Positions 27,560 through 40,683 of a DNA stretch of 64,000 nt are shown here, one piece after another (within the stretch, counting starts at the first letter, position 1; each line of letters starts with the position of its first letter). The position numbers and the translations under genes are program-made. Origin of the DNA: Octopus vulgaris (taxonomy: Eukaryota). Location: assembly GCA_951406725.2 (NCBI GenBank), contig OX597840.1, positions 7,936,001-8,000,000 of the forward strand, written 5' to 3'. The notes under the pieces were generated by a model that was not told the DNA's origin, searched no databases, and saw nothing but the letters and a program-made list of their open reading frames with translations.

Positions 27560-27750
27560 TATCGAAAAATACCTTAGGAATGAGAACCTAGGTTCGAAAT
27601 TTCCCTAAGACACCTGATGAAGGTTGGAGGGTATATCAACCAAAATGTGTTTACAACAAACAAGATGAGGACAAATATCCATCAAATGTAAACAATGTAA
27701 ATAATGTAAATAATCTACATAATTCCTCATCTTTTAAATATAGAACAGTA
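27560..27750 (+). mobile_element. Penelope-like element remnant in an (AAT)n tract with a degenerate hammerhead motif
   Basis: CTGATGA 27614-27620, stem GGTTG/CAACC, then AAAA in place of GAAA. Confidence 0.45.
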
Positions 27751-27882
27751 ACATCTTCAGTGTCTTTTTAGTTTTTCTCCATATCTCTGATCGATAAAGA
27801 AGAATAGACTTTACGTTAGAGCTGAAAATAAGCACTTTAGTTTATGGTAATTTCTCTGAAAGCTCAGTGGTTCTTGAGAATG

Positions 27883-28320
27883 TATTTCTTTACTGCCCAC
27901 AAGGGGCTAAACATAGAGGGGACAAACAAGGACAGACAAAGGGATTAAGTCGATTACATCAACCCCAGTGGGAAACTGGTACTTAATTTATCGACCTTGA
28001 AAGGATGAAAGGCAAAGTCGACCTCGGCGGAATTTGAACTCAGAATGTAACGGCAGACAAAATACCTATTTCTTTACTGCCCACAAGAGGCTAAACATAG
28101 AGGGGACAAACAAGGACAGACAAAGGGATTAAGTCGATTACATCGACCCCAGAGGGAAACTGGTACTTTATTTATCGACCCCGAAAGGATGAAAGGCAAA
28201 GTCGACCTCGGCGGAATTTGAACTCAGAATGTAACGACAGACGTTCTGAGTTCAAATTCCACCGAGGTCGACTTTGCCTTTCATCCTTTCGGGGTCGATA
28301 AATAAAGTACCAGTTTCCTG
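27883..28320 (-). mobile_element. SINE family B two-unit array ending in a fold-back inversion
   Basis: Two minus-strand units, then 28242-28317 is the reverse complement of ~28156-28231. Confidence 0.85.
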
Positions 28321-28538
28321 AGAATGGTGAACGCTGCTCTAGCTTTATGCACTTCGGCTGACACCTCTCTCTCTCTCTGTGCCACTGTTTATTATTATGT
28401 TACTGAGAGAAGCAAGGGAGATGGCCTCCTCTATGCCACATGGAAGGACAGAACCCAAGTCACATACACTTGGGGAACCAGTTTTTCAACCACACAGCCA
28501 CACCTGCACCAACCCACATAAATAAGAAAATAGTTTAC

Positions 28539-28606
28539 CCTTGTTATTTCATTATCTGGGTTTAAGTGGATAGCAAACTTTAAGTTCTGAACGGCATACT
28601 CATGAC
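28539..28606 (-). CDS. PNKD: PNKD-like exon with the metal-ligand GHEY motif ((G)HEYAVQNLKFAIHLNPDNEITR)
   Basis: ttttgcag acceptor, gtaaac donor, phase 1-0; GHEY-x(3)-NLxFA is diagnostic of glyoxalase II/PNKD. Junctions before HEY and before CPS fit the PNKD gene structure better than HAGH, as I recall it. Confidence 0.9.
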
Positions 28607-28989
28607 CTGCAAAATATAAGATCAAAGGAGAAAGCAATAATTTTTTAGAATTCACTGTTAAAAATATTTTTTATAAAACTTGTGATAAAATTTACAAAAT
28701 CCTCAGAGGTGGTCACTTTGGTCAACACACTCTGAATTAAACAACTATTAAATTTTCTTGAATAATTAAATGAAACACAGACACACACACATATATATAT
28801 AAGATGGGATTCTTTCAGTTTCCATCTACCAAATCCACTTACATAGGTTTGGTTGGCCTGAGGCTATGGCAGAAGACATTTGCCCAAGATGCCACACAAT
28901 GAGACTGAACCCGGAACTATGTGGTTGGGAAGCAAGCTTCTTACCACACAGCCATGCCTAGATATATCATCATCACCATCACCATCACC

Positions 28990-29021
<32 letters not shown>

Positions 29022-30027
29022 CATCACCATCACCATCACCATCATCATCATCATCATCATTTAATGTCAGTTTTTCATGCTGGCATGGGTTGGACAGTTT
29101 GACGGGAGCCGGCTAGGCAGAATACTACATCAGGTTTCAACACACATACACACACACACACACACATGTATGTTGTATATATATGTGTGTTTATGAATAG
29201 CCACCAAATACATGGCACATGTGTGTATGTGTGCGTGCATGTGTGTGAGTGCATCTGTGTGCATGAGTGTGTGTGGGGGTGTGTGTGTGAGTGTGTGTGC
29301 ATGTTCATGTGCATACACACACACACGCACTCACACACACACACTCACACCCACACACACTCACACACATGCACACACACACACGCACTCTCACACACAC
29401 ACATGCTCACACACACACGCACGCACACATGCACCCACACACACCCACATGTATGTTGTATATATGTATGTGTTTATGAATAGCCATGAAACACATGGCA
29501 CATGTGTGTGTGTGTGTGTGAGTGTGAGTGTGCATGTGCGTGTGAGCATGTGTGTGTGTGAGAGTGCGTGTGTGTGTGTGCATGTGTGTGAGTGTGTGTG
29601 GGTGTGAGTGTGCATGTGCGTGTGTGCACACACACACTCACACCCACACACACTCACACACACCCAAACTCACTTAAAATGGTAGCATTCGGTTTCTACC
29701 GTTTTCTGTTGCATGATTCCACTGTCACTATCTCTTCAGATGTGAAATGTCATACAAACCACGTGACTCACACCCCCACTACTTCCCCACCCACCTGTCA
29801 CTTCCACTCCACCCCACCCCCACACCATACCAGTCACCCCCTCCAACTCCAGCATGTACACATACACACACACGTACACACACATACACACACACATGTA
29901 CACACACATACACACACATGTACACACCCACATGTACACACCCACACAAAAATACACACACATACACACACACATACAGACCCACACACAAACACACACA
30001 CAAACACACACACATACACACGCATAC

Positions 30028-30060
<33 letters not shown>

Positions 30061-30937
30061 TACACACACACATACACACACACATATACATGATGATGTT
30101 AATCATGTCCTCTCTTGCTGCCTATCTGTCTGTCTGTGCGTCTGGCAATCTGTCTGTGTGTCTGTCTCTTTCGTTATTACATTATTTGTTTGAAGAGTCA
30201 AAGTAATGATTTTCCCACGAGATCAACAAAATACAAAGTTAAAAAGAAAAAAAATGAAAAAAAAATGAACAAAACAAAGCACAAAAACAAACAAAAACAA
30301 GAAGACACTCCCCGCCCACCACCACCACCACCACCATCAATTTGCCTCGTTGCTACCAACAACAGATGGATCTTAGACAGATACTTTATGAAAATATTGA
30401 AAGTTCAGAAAATAAATTTCTTGGAGGAATTTCTTAGGGACGCCATCAGCATAAAAAGAAAACCATTACAGTCATAGTCAAGTTGGCGTTACCAAATCCA
30501 ATGCACAAAGGAGCATTGAGAAAAAAAAATAGAATAGAGTACAAAAAAACCCTTACTAGAAACAATTATACCATTATCACCATTGCCATTGTCATCATCA
30601 TCATCATCACCACCATAATCACCAGCATCACCATCATGACGATGATGACAACCACCACTATACCTTGGGGACCATCTCTCACTTTTCTATCTCTCTCTCT
30701 CTCTCTCACTGCTAACTGGGGTATCCTCTATAGGGCCTTGCTTCGGTTGAGAGGAAACATGATAAATTTTGTCCTATTATTAAAAATATAAAAATTTTTT
30801 TGTCCTGTTGTTAAAAATAGGACAAAATTTATCATGTTTCCTCTCAACCCAAACAAGGCTCTATAACCTGTTTTACAATAGGACAAAAGAAAAATTTATT
30901 TTATTTATTCTCAACCAAAGCAAGGCTCTATAACCTC

Positions 30938-31541
30938 ACCTATTTCTTCATAACCCACAATGGGCTAAACACAGAGGGGACAAACAAGGACAGACAAACG
31001 GATTAAGTCAATTACATCGACCCCAGTGCGTAGCTGGTACTTATTTAATTGACCCCGAAAGGATGAAGGGCAAAGTCGACCTCGGTGGAATTTGAACTCA
31101 GAACGTAACGGCAGATGAAATACCTATTTCTTTACTACCCACAAGAGGCTAAACACAGAGAGGACAAACAAGGACAGACAACCGGACCAAGTCGATTATA
31201 TCAACCCCAGTGCGTAACTGGTACTTAATTTATCGACCCCGAATGGATGAAAGGCAAAGTCGACCTCGGCGGAATCTGAACTCAGAGTGTAACGGCAGAC
31301 GAAATACCTATTTCTTTACTACTCACAAAGGGCTAAACATAGAGGGGACAAACAAGGACAGACGAAGGGATTAAGTCGATTACATGGACCCCAGTGCGTA
31401 ACTGGCACTTATTTAATTGACCCCGAAAGGATGAAAGGCAAAGTCGACCTCGGCGGAATTTGAACTCAGAACGTAGTGGCAGACGAAATACCGCTAAGCA
31501 TTTCGCCTGGCGTGCTAACGATTCTGCCAGCTCGCCGCCTT
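30938..31541 (-). mobile_element. SINE family B, one head plus three units
   Basis: Three ~183-bp units, then head ...gccagctcgccgcctt. Confidence 0.85.
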
Positions 31542-31859
31542 GAGCATTTCACCTGGCACCTGCTTATTCAGAACTCATTCAAGTGTGGGACTGTGGTTAT
31601 CATCATCATCATCATCATCATCATCAACAACAACAAAGATGCTCACAATTCCCATTACTCTGCATCCCCCAGCTCTGCCATGGCCATACGAACCAAGACC
31701 AAGGACCATCCACTATGTTGATGCAGAAGTCCGCCTCGTTCAACCACTGAGCCACTGCAACCATTACTACTACTGCTACTAGTGTTGCTGCTCCTGCTGC
31801 TGCTGCTGCCATCTCTATCGCTATGACAACCAGTCATCACAATGGTATCTACACAAGCC

Positions 31860-32330
31860 ACAATTACCACCGCCACCACCACCACCACCACCACCACCAA
31901 CAACCACCACCACCACCACCACCACCACCACCTACACCTCCGCCGCCACCACCACCACCGCCGCCGCCACCACCACCACCACAACCTACACCTCCGCCGC
32001 CACCACCACCAACCACCACCACAACCTACACCTCCGCCGCCACCACCACCACCTCTAATAACCAACACCACCACAGCCACCGCCACCACCACCACCACCA
32101 CCACCACCACCCTACCACAACCTACACCTCCGCCGCCACCACCACCAACCACCACCACAACCTACACCTCCGCCGCCACAACCACCTACACCACCACCAC
32201 CTCTAATAACCAACACCACCACAGCCACCGCCACCACCACCACCGCCGCCGCCACCACCACCGCAATCACCACCACCACCACCGTCGCCACCATCACCAT
32301 ACCACCACCACCACCACCATACCACCACCG
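31860..32330. repeat. (CCA)n-based compound microsatellite/minisatellite
   Basis: Repeated acaacctacacctccgccgccaccacc units. Confidence 0.9.
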
Positions 32331-32899
32331 TCTACTTCCTCCTCACTAGGGTACCCATTACATACTCTCCCGTTTCTCCGAAAGGTCACCGATTACAACA
32401 ACAGCAACAACAACGTAGATAGATAAATAAATAAATAAATAAATAAACTTACAAATCAAAAAAAATTGATGGCCTTTTAAAAACCCTGCACCCCACCCCA
32501 CCCCACCATCACCATTACCCCCACTCCGTTTCCATCTGCCCACCCACATCCCACTCCCATCTATCCCCCATTCCAGACTCCCTCGTCAACATCAATGTGT
32601 TTTTTCCTCTTCATTAGCAGAAGAGGTGGGGTGGTCGTGGCTGGCATGAATGCCAGGGTAGGGGAAGAGTGTTTGCTTAAGTACCCACTTAGATTGGGAT
32701 TAGACGAAGGTGGACAAGGGCTGAGGGGTACTGCAAAATAGGGGTACAATTAGGCCCTTTTAATGCATTTAATTTTTGTTGCTCCTACAGATTTAGTATG
32801 TGGGTGATGCTCATGGTGGGGTTGGCATTGTGCTTCAGAGTTGAGGTTGAGGGGCACTGGGTAAGTAATAGGAACTGATGTAAATCACTTAAATTGTTT

Positions 32900-33195
32900 C
32901 ATCATCATCATCGTTGTTTAGTGTCCGCTTTCCATGCTAGCATGGGTTGGATGGTTCAACTGGGGTCTGGGAGGCCAGAAGGCTGCACCAGGCTCCAGTC
33001 TGATCTGGCAGTGTTTCTACAGCTGGATGCCCTTCCTAACGCCAACCACTCTGTGAGTGTAGTGGGTGCTTTTTACGTGCCACTGGCACGGGGGCCAGGC
33101 GAGGCTGGCAACGGCCACGATCGGATGGTGCTTTTTATGTGCCACCGGCACGGAGGCCAGACGAGGCTGGCAACTGCCACAATCGGATGGAGCTT
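32900..33195 (-). mobile_element. SINE-like repeat with (GAT)n tail (family D); plus-strand copies at ~37660-37858 and ~40065-40185
   Basis: Shared aggaagggca.ccagctg and ccaacccatgc.agcat.gaaa.cgga tail. Confidence 0.7.
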
Positions 33196-33724
33196 TTTTT
33201 CAATAATAACAAAAAAAAATGGTAGAACAAAAAGCTAACTGGCTGTGTGGTAAGTAGCTTGCTTACCAACCACATGGTTCCAAGTTTCCCAGTGTGTCAC
33301 CTTGGGCAAGTGTCTTCTACTACAGCCTCAGGCTGACCAAAGCCTTGTGAGTGGATTTCATAGATGGGAACTGAAAGAAGCCTGGTGTGGCTGTGTAGTA
33401 AGGACTTGGTGAGATTTGAACCCAAATGTGAAGATGAATGAAATGTTGTAAAGCATTTTGCCCAATGTGCTAAAGATTCCGACAGCTCACTACTAGCATA
33501 ATAATTACATTTAGATTATTTGCAACTTTTAAATGAGGTAGACCAAAGAAAAGGGGGAGGGGACAGGTGGAGGAGGAGATTGGGAGGGTTGGTTTGAAAA
33601 AAGAGGATGCCCCAAACGAGACAAGATGGCGAGATAGTGTGAGGGCATTGGGGTAGATCTGGCCACCCCCGTTAACAGGGAAAAACCTGGATTTAAAACA
33701 CTGGATGATGATGACATGAAGTCA

Positions 33725-33918
33725 AGTTAAGTTAAGTTAAGTTAATTTTTTGGCTCAAAAGGCAAAAAGCAAGGCCATGTGGGGGGACATGGAGTTATGT
33801 ACAGGGAGGGTGGTCATGCAAAGAGTTCCGGCCATTTCTGGTCAAGAGAGACTTTGAACCGAGCGGTCGTCGGCATCTTCACTATCTCGTTCGGCAGCTT
33901 ATTCCACGGATCCGCAAA
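33725..33918 (-). mobile_element. CR1-type LINE extreme 3' fragment with (TTAAC)n tail
   Basis: Minus-strand translation ADPWNKLPNEIVKMPTTARFKVSLDQKWPE. Confidence 0.7.
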
Positions 33919-34081
33919 TCGGATATGGATGGGTTTCTCTCTGTTAGTAATACATTAAAAAAAGGAAGAGATAAAGAGGGAGGGAGAGAGAGAGAGAGAG
34001 ACAGAGATAAGAGGACCTACTTCTCTTTCTGTCACCAATACCTATCCACCTAAGAGGAAAAAAAAAAAAAAACAGAGAACT

Positions 34082-34478
34082 TGGAGCAGGAGTGGCTCTG
34101 TGGTAAGTAGCTTGTTTACCAACCTCATGGTTCCGGGTTCAGTCCCACTGCGTGGCACCTTGGGCAAGTGTCTTCAACTATAGCCTTGGGCCGACCAAAG
34201 CCTTGTGAGTGGATTTGGTAGACGGAAACTGAAAGAAGCCCGTCGTATATATGTATATATATATATATGTGTGTGCGTGTATGTTTGTGTGTCTGTATTT
34301 GTCCCCCTAGCATTGCTTGACAACCGATGCTGGTGTGTTTATGTCCCCGTCACTTAGTGGTTCGGCAAAAGAGACCGATAGAATGAGTACTGGGCTTACA
34401 AAGAATAAGTCGATTAAAGGTGGTGCTCCAGCATGGCCGCAGTCAAATGACTGAAACAAGTAAAAGAGTAAAAAGAGA
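34082..34478 (+). mobile_element. SINE family A
   Basis: Family A head and tail. Confidence 0.85.
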
Positions 34479-34774
34479 GTAACCCATCCATACCCTGTTG
34501 AGTAACATTACTCCAGAGATCCTTCGGAGGACTCCTACTTCCTACATTTTAGTTGCTTGTACTTGCATCATCCAGAAAATAAAAGAAGCCCCCAGCTGGT
34601 ACTGGAACCATTTCTATTGACTCCTAAATCCCTGACATTTTACCATTTATATCTAAACACTGGCATTTATGATTGCAGAGCACAAACCCAGCAACGATGA
34701 TTAATAAACTGCTAGTATTTAAACGGCGAAGTACATTAAATACTTTCGAAACAAAGCAAAGAATAATAATAATA

Positions 34775-34812
<38 letters not shown>

Positions 34813-34841
34813 AATGATAATAATGATAATAATGATGATGA

Positions 34842-34875
<34 letters not shown>

Positions 34876-34922
34876 GGTGGTGGTGGTGATGATGATGATG
34901 ATGATAATGATAATAATGATGA

Positions 34923-34956
<34 letters not shown>

Positions 34957-35035
34957 GATGATGATGATGACGATGATGATTATGATTATGATGACGATGA
35001 TGATGATGATGATAATAATAATAATAATAATAATG

Positions 35036-35090
<55 letters not shown>

Positions 35091-35715
35091 TAAATAAACA
35101 GAAAAATGTTTAATTAAAAGTTGAAAAGCAAAAATAAAAGATAGGTTACCCAAACTCTGAGCGGCAGCAAATGCGAAAGTATAAAGGGTGGCATACCACA
35201 CTGTAAGTAACATTAGGAGGGTGAATCATAGCTATTAAAGGTTTACATTCATTGTTAGCCAAAGTGGGTGGACATCTTTGTGAGTGATGCATTAAAAAAA
35301 ATGAAGAGAGAAAGAGGGAGGGAGAGAGAGAGAGTTGGAGACAGAGATTAGAGAACCTTCTCCTCTTTCTGTCACCAATACTTATCCACCTAAGAGGACA
35401 AAAAAAATTTTAAAAAAACAGAGAGATACCCCGTCCATATACTAAATCACCAACAATAGTAAAGAACAGAAGCCTTTGTGAAATAACAGCAAACAACTGC
35501 AACTGGGTGGATAGTCACTAGCTGGTGGGTGATAGGGGGTAGATAAATACACACACACACACACATATATATATATACATATATATACATACAGATATAT
35601 ACATATACAAACACACAATAGTTAAAAGTCATACTTGGATAAGGGACATACAGCTGAATGTCATCTGCAATAGGTGGAGAAAACTGTTTTTTGAATAGTA
35701 TTGTTTTTTTTATTC

Positions 35716-35751
<36 letters not shown>

Positions 35752-35859
35752 TATTTATTTTTTTTTTTATGGGTTCCATTTGAAATGGTGGTCATCAGAC
35801 TAAAAAACACCACTGGCACGTATGTACTTTGGTATGCAATTTAACTACAAAGACACACA

Positions 35860-36660
35860 CATTTATATACACACACACACATATATACACACACACACCT
35901 ATATATACACTCACACACACATATAAATACAGAAACACACACACACATATAGATATACACACACTCCTATATATACACTCACACACACATATAAATACAG
36001 AAACACACACACACACACACATATAGGTATACACACACAACTATATATACATTCACACACACATATAAATACAGAAACACACACACACACACACATATAG
36101 GTATACACACACAACTATATATACACTCACACACACATATAAATACAGAAACACACACACACATATAGGTATACACACACACCTATATATACACTCACAC
36201 ACACATATAAATACAGAAACACACACACACACACACATATAGGTATACACACACAACTATATATACACTCACACACACATATAAATACAGAAACACACAC
36301 ACACATATAGGTATACACACACACTCCTATATATACACTCACACACACATATAAATACAGAAACACACACATATAGGTATACACACACATCTATATATAC
36401 ACCCACACACATATAAATCAGAAACACACATACACACACACATATAGGTATACACACACACCTATATATACACTCACACACACATATAAATACAGAAACA
36501 CACACACACACACACACACATAGGTATACACACACACCTATATATACACCCACACACACATATAAATACAGAAACACACACACACACATATAGGTATACA
36601 CACACACCTATATATACACCCACACACACATATAAATATAGAAACACACACACACACATA
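35860..36660. repeat. ~65-75 bp minisatellite built from CA/TA tracts
   Basis: About 12 units containing ataaatacagaaac and ataggtatacac. Confidence 0.85.
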
Positions 36661-36988
36661 GGGACTTATTCTTTTTGTAAGCCCAGTACTTATTCTATCG
36701 GTCTCTTTTGCCGAACCGCTAAGTAACGGGGACATAAACACACCAGCATCGGTTGTCAAGCAATGCTAAGGGGACAAACACAGACACACAAACACACACA
36801 CATGCATATATATATACATATATACGATGGGCTTCTTTCAGTTTCCGTCTACCAAATCCACTCACAAGGCTTTGGTCAGCCCGAGGCTATAGTAGAAGAC
36901 ACTTGCCCAAGGCGTCACGCAGTGGGACTGAACCAGGAACCATGTGGTTGGTAAACAAGCTACTTAACACACAGCCACTCCTGCGCTT
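36661..36988 (-). mobile_element. SINE family A (3' truncated)
   Basis: Reverse complement of family A. Confidence 0.8.
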
Positions 36989-37586
36989 ATATTTATAAAC
37001 ATTTAAAATATATTTATAATAACATGAAGAGAGAAGTTGACAATGTTTGATCATACACTACCTACTGCAAGTATGGGATTCTCCGTTCATTGATTAAGGC
37101 ATATATAAAAATTAATTGCAGACTGGAACCAGCCTAAGGGTGGAGATTCCCTGTTTGTCGATGAGGGCCATAAACATTTACTGACCAGACTGATCTAAGG
37201 GTGATAAACCTTATATATATTATTTATTTATTTACAAAATTTATTTCGTTTTTGCCCACAGGGGGCTAAACATAGAAGGAACAAACAAGGACAGACAAAG
37301 GGTTTCAGCCGATTACATCAACCCCAGTGCGTAACTGGTACTTATTTAATCAACCTCGAAGTTTACAAAATTAACTGGCCGTAACGGCTTTCTATGTCCA
37401 GTTTGAAAAGAGGTCATATGTCCGTGGCCATTTGAGTCTGATGAGCTGCCTATAAGGCCAAGCACTTTGTGGACGCAAAACCATTGCTCACTCTATGACT
37501 GGGCATGTAATTAGCTTCCTGTAAATATATATTACTGCTCTAATGTTTCAAGTGTGCTTCTTTTCCAAATATATGATCTACTGACA

Positions 37587-37659
<73 letters not shown>

Positions 37660-37814
37660 AAGCACTCACTACACTCTCAGAGTGGTTAGCATTAGGAAGG
37701 GCAACCAGCTGTTGAAACACTGCCAGATCTGATTAGAGCCTGGTGCAGCCGCTGGCTCTCCAGACCTCAGTCAAACTGTCCAACCCATGCCAGCATAGAA
37801 AACGGATGTTAAAC

Positions 37815-37859
<45 letters not shown>

Positions 37860-37869
37860 ATATATATAT

Positions 37870-38288
37870 AGGCGCAGGAGTGGCTGTGTGGTAAGTAGCT
37901 TGCTAACCAACCACATGGTTCCGGGTTCAGTCCCACTGCATGGCATCTTGGGCAAGTGTCTTCTGCTATAGCCCTGGGCCGACCAATGCCTTGTGAGTGG
38001 ATTTGGTAGACGGAAACTGAAAGAAGCCCGTCATATATATGTATATATATGTATATGTATGTGTGTGTGTGTGTTTGTGTGTCTGTGTTTGTCCAGCTAG
38101 CATTGCTTGACAACTGATGCTGGTGTGTTTATGTCCCCGTCACTAAGCGGTTCGGCAAAAGAGACTGATAGAATAAGTACTGGGCTTACAAAAGAATAAG
38201 TCCCGGGGTCGATTTGCTCGACTAAAGGCGGTGCTCCAGCATGGCCGCAGTCAAATGACTGAAACAAGTAAAAGAGTAAAAGAGTAAA

Positions 38289-38290
<2 letters not shown>
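37870..38290 (+). mobile_element. SINE family A, full length
   Basis: Family A head and tail. Confidence 0.85.
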
Positions 38291-38324
<34 letters not shown>

Positions 38325-38744
38325 CAAAACAATTTAATAAATAAAACATATGCATACATACATACATATATGTACATACCTACATCTATATGTATATATA
38401 CACGCATATATATATATATGAGAACAGGACACCACAAATAAACGTAGAACACAACGAGAAACGAAAACATAAACCAAACAAGGAAACGGACTTTTTTTAA
38501 CAACGAAAAAACAGAGTACAAGACAACCAACGCAAGGAACATTCCCCTTCTTCAGCTGCCCCTGTTTTGACTCAATGCGTGTTTCGAAGGTAAGGGCAGA
38601 ACACGATTGGCCGAAGCAGTCCTTCCCGCAAAATGAATTATATAAAAATTTTTTGCGGAGGGGTAAAAAAAGGGACAAGAACAGGACATAAAAGCAATAG
38701 AAATGAAGAAAAAAACAGTACAAATAAAGATAAAAACAGTAAAA

Positions 38745-38980
38745 GAGTCTACGATTTAAAAAAAATTTACCATCATTTTTTTCCATTTTAATGCATTTTT
38801 TTCGATATTATATAAGGGAAGTAACTCTATAAAAATGTCTACGATGAGTCAACGATTTAAAAAAAAATTTACCATCATTTTTTTTCCATTTTTAATGTAT
38901 TTTTTTTGCTATAACTCTCTAAAAATGCTTATATAGTTATTTCCCTTACAAACCCGAGCAACGCCGGGCGATACTGCTAG
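38745..38980 (-). mobile_element. Helentron/HINE-like fragment
   Basis: cccgagcaacgccgggcgatactgctagt is the reverse complement of the 14062-type terminus. Confidence 0.65.
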
Positions 38981-39265
38981 TTTAGTATATATAATGAAAT
39001 AATTATATATATATAGTGATATAATGAAACTGAGTACAGTCCTCCGCATTACTACCTCCTGTCAACCTGTTCAATCCATACCAGTATGGATGATGGATAT
39101 TAAATGATATATATATATATATATATATATATAAATTAGAAAAAAACCACCTTTTATCAATTCAAAATGAAAATTTAAATTACACCATCCAGAAAATTAC
39201 ATATAATAGACGGTGTAATTTTGAATTGATAAAAGGTGGGTTTTTCTAATTTATATTTATATATA

Positions 39266-39671
39266 TACTCTTTACTCTTTTACTTGTTTCAGCCATTTGA
39301 CTGTGGCCATGCTGGAGCACCGCCTTTAGTCGAGCAAATCGACCCCGAGACTTATTCTTTGTAAGCCCAGTACTTATTCTATCGGTCTCTTTTGCCGAAC
39401 CGCTAAGTGACGGGGACGTAAACACACCAGCATCGGTTGTCAAGCAATGCCAGGAGGACAAACACAGACACACAAACATACACGCATATATATATATACA
39501 TATATACGACGGGCTTCTTTCAGTTTCCATCTACCAAAACCTCTCACAAGGCTTTGGTCGGCCCGAGGCTATAGCAGAAGACACTTGCCTAAGATGTCGT
39601 GCAGTGGGACTGAACCCGGAACCATGTGGTTTGTTACCAAAGCTACTTACCACACAGCCACTCCTGCGCCT
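39266..39671 (-). mobile_element. SINE family A, full length
   Basis: Reverse complement of family A. Confidence 0.85.
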
Positions 39672-40208
39672 ATATATATATAAATTAGAAAAAAACCACC
39701 TTTTATCAATTCAAAATGAAAAATTAAATTACACCATCTAGAAAATTACATATAATAGATGGTGTAATTTTGAATTGATAAAAGGTGTCTTTTTTTCTAA
39801 TTTATATTTATATATATATATTATATTTTGTGAAATTTGATTTAGTATTTCTAAATTGAATTTTTCCCTGTAAGTTTGGAATAATATTACCTCAAATTAT
39901 TATTATATATATACACACACACACACACATACATATACATTTATAAATATATATTTATAAATATTTAAAATATATTTATAATAACATGAGGACAGAAGTT
40001 GACAATGTTTAATGATTTATCATACGTTTCCACACCCCACACCAGCATTAAGTTGCAATTTCCTCCAGCTGTAGAAACTCTGCCAGATCAGATTGGAGCC
40101 TGGTGCAGCCATCTGGTTCGCCAGGCCTCAGTCAAATCATCCAACCCATGCTAGCATGGAAAGCGGATGTTAAACGATGATGAAGAAAATATATATATAT
40201 ATATATAT

Positions 40209-40583
40209 CCAAGCATAGATTGGCATATTTTGGTCATATTATGCGGCGAAAATCCCTGGAGAAGGACATCATGCTCGGAATGGTCAGTGGCAAGAGAGGA
40301 AGAGGCCGACCAATGGAGAAGTTCTTAAGCAGATCAGGCCGAAAATGTCGCTAGAAGCTAGGATCACCAAGCATAGATTGGCATATTTTGGTCATATTAT
40401 GCAGAGAAAATCCCTGGAGAAGGACATCATGCTCAGAATGGTCAGTGGCAAGAGAGGAGGAAGCCGACCAAGAACCCGCTGGCTTGACACCATCAAGAGT
40501 GATACCGGAATGGACAATCTGAAAGAAGCTGCCCAGGATAGAACTGACCGGAGGACACTGATCCATCGAGTAACCGAGAGTCG
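40209..40583 (+). mobile_element. RTE/BovB-like LINE 3' fragment with a 5' partial duplication, cut by the gap
   Basis: RLAYFGHIMQRKSLEKDIMLRMVSGKR...RPRTRWLDTIK; 40209-40312 duplicates ~40367-40470. Confidence 0.85.
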
Positions 40584-40683
40584 NNNNNNNNNNNNNNNNN
40601 NNNNNNNNNNNNNNNNNNNNNNNNNNNNNNNNNNNNNNNNNNNNNNNNNNNNNNNNNNNNNNNNNNNNNNNNNNNNNNNNNNN
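40584..40683. other. Assembly gap (100 N)
   Basis: Run of n. Confidence 1.

Noticed and set aside
31823-32426. Pro/His/Thr-rich ORFs resembling extensin or mucin
   Set aside because: (CCA)n repeat open in most frames, with no supporting gene structure
37437-37468. CTGATGA followed by a small stem (hammerhead-like)
   Set aside because: No GAAA and no convincing stem III; too degenerate to call
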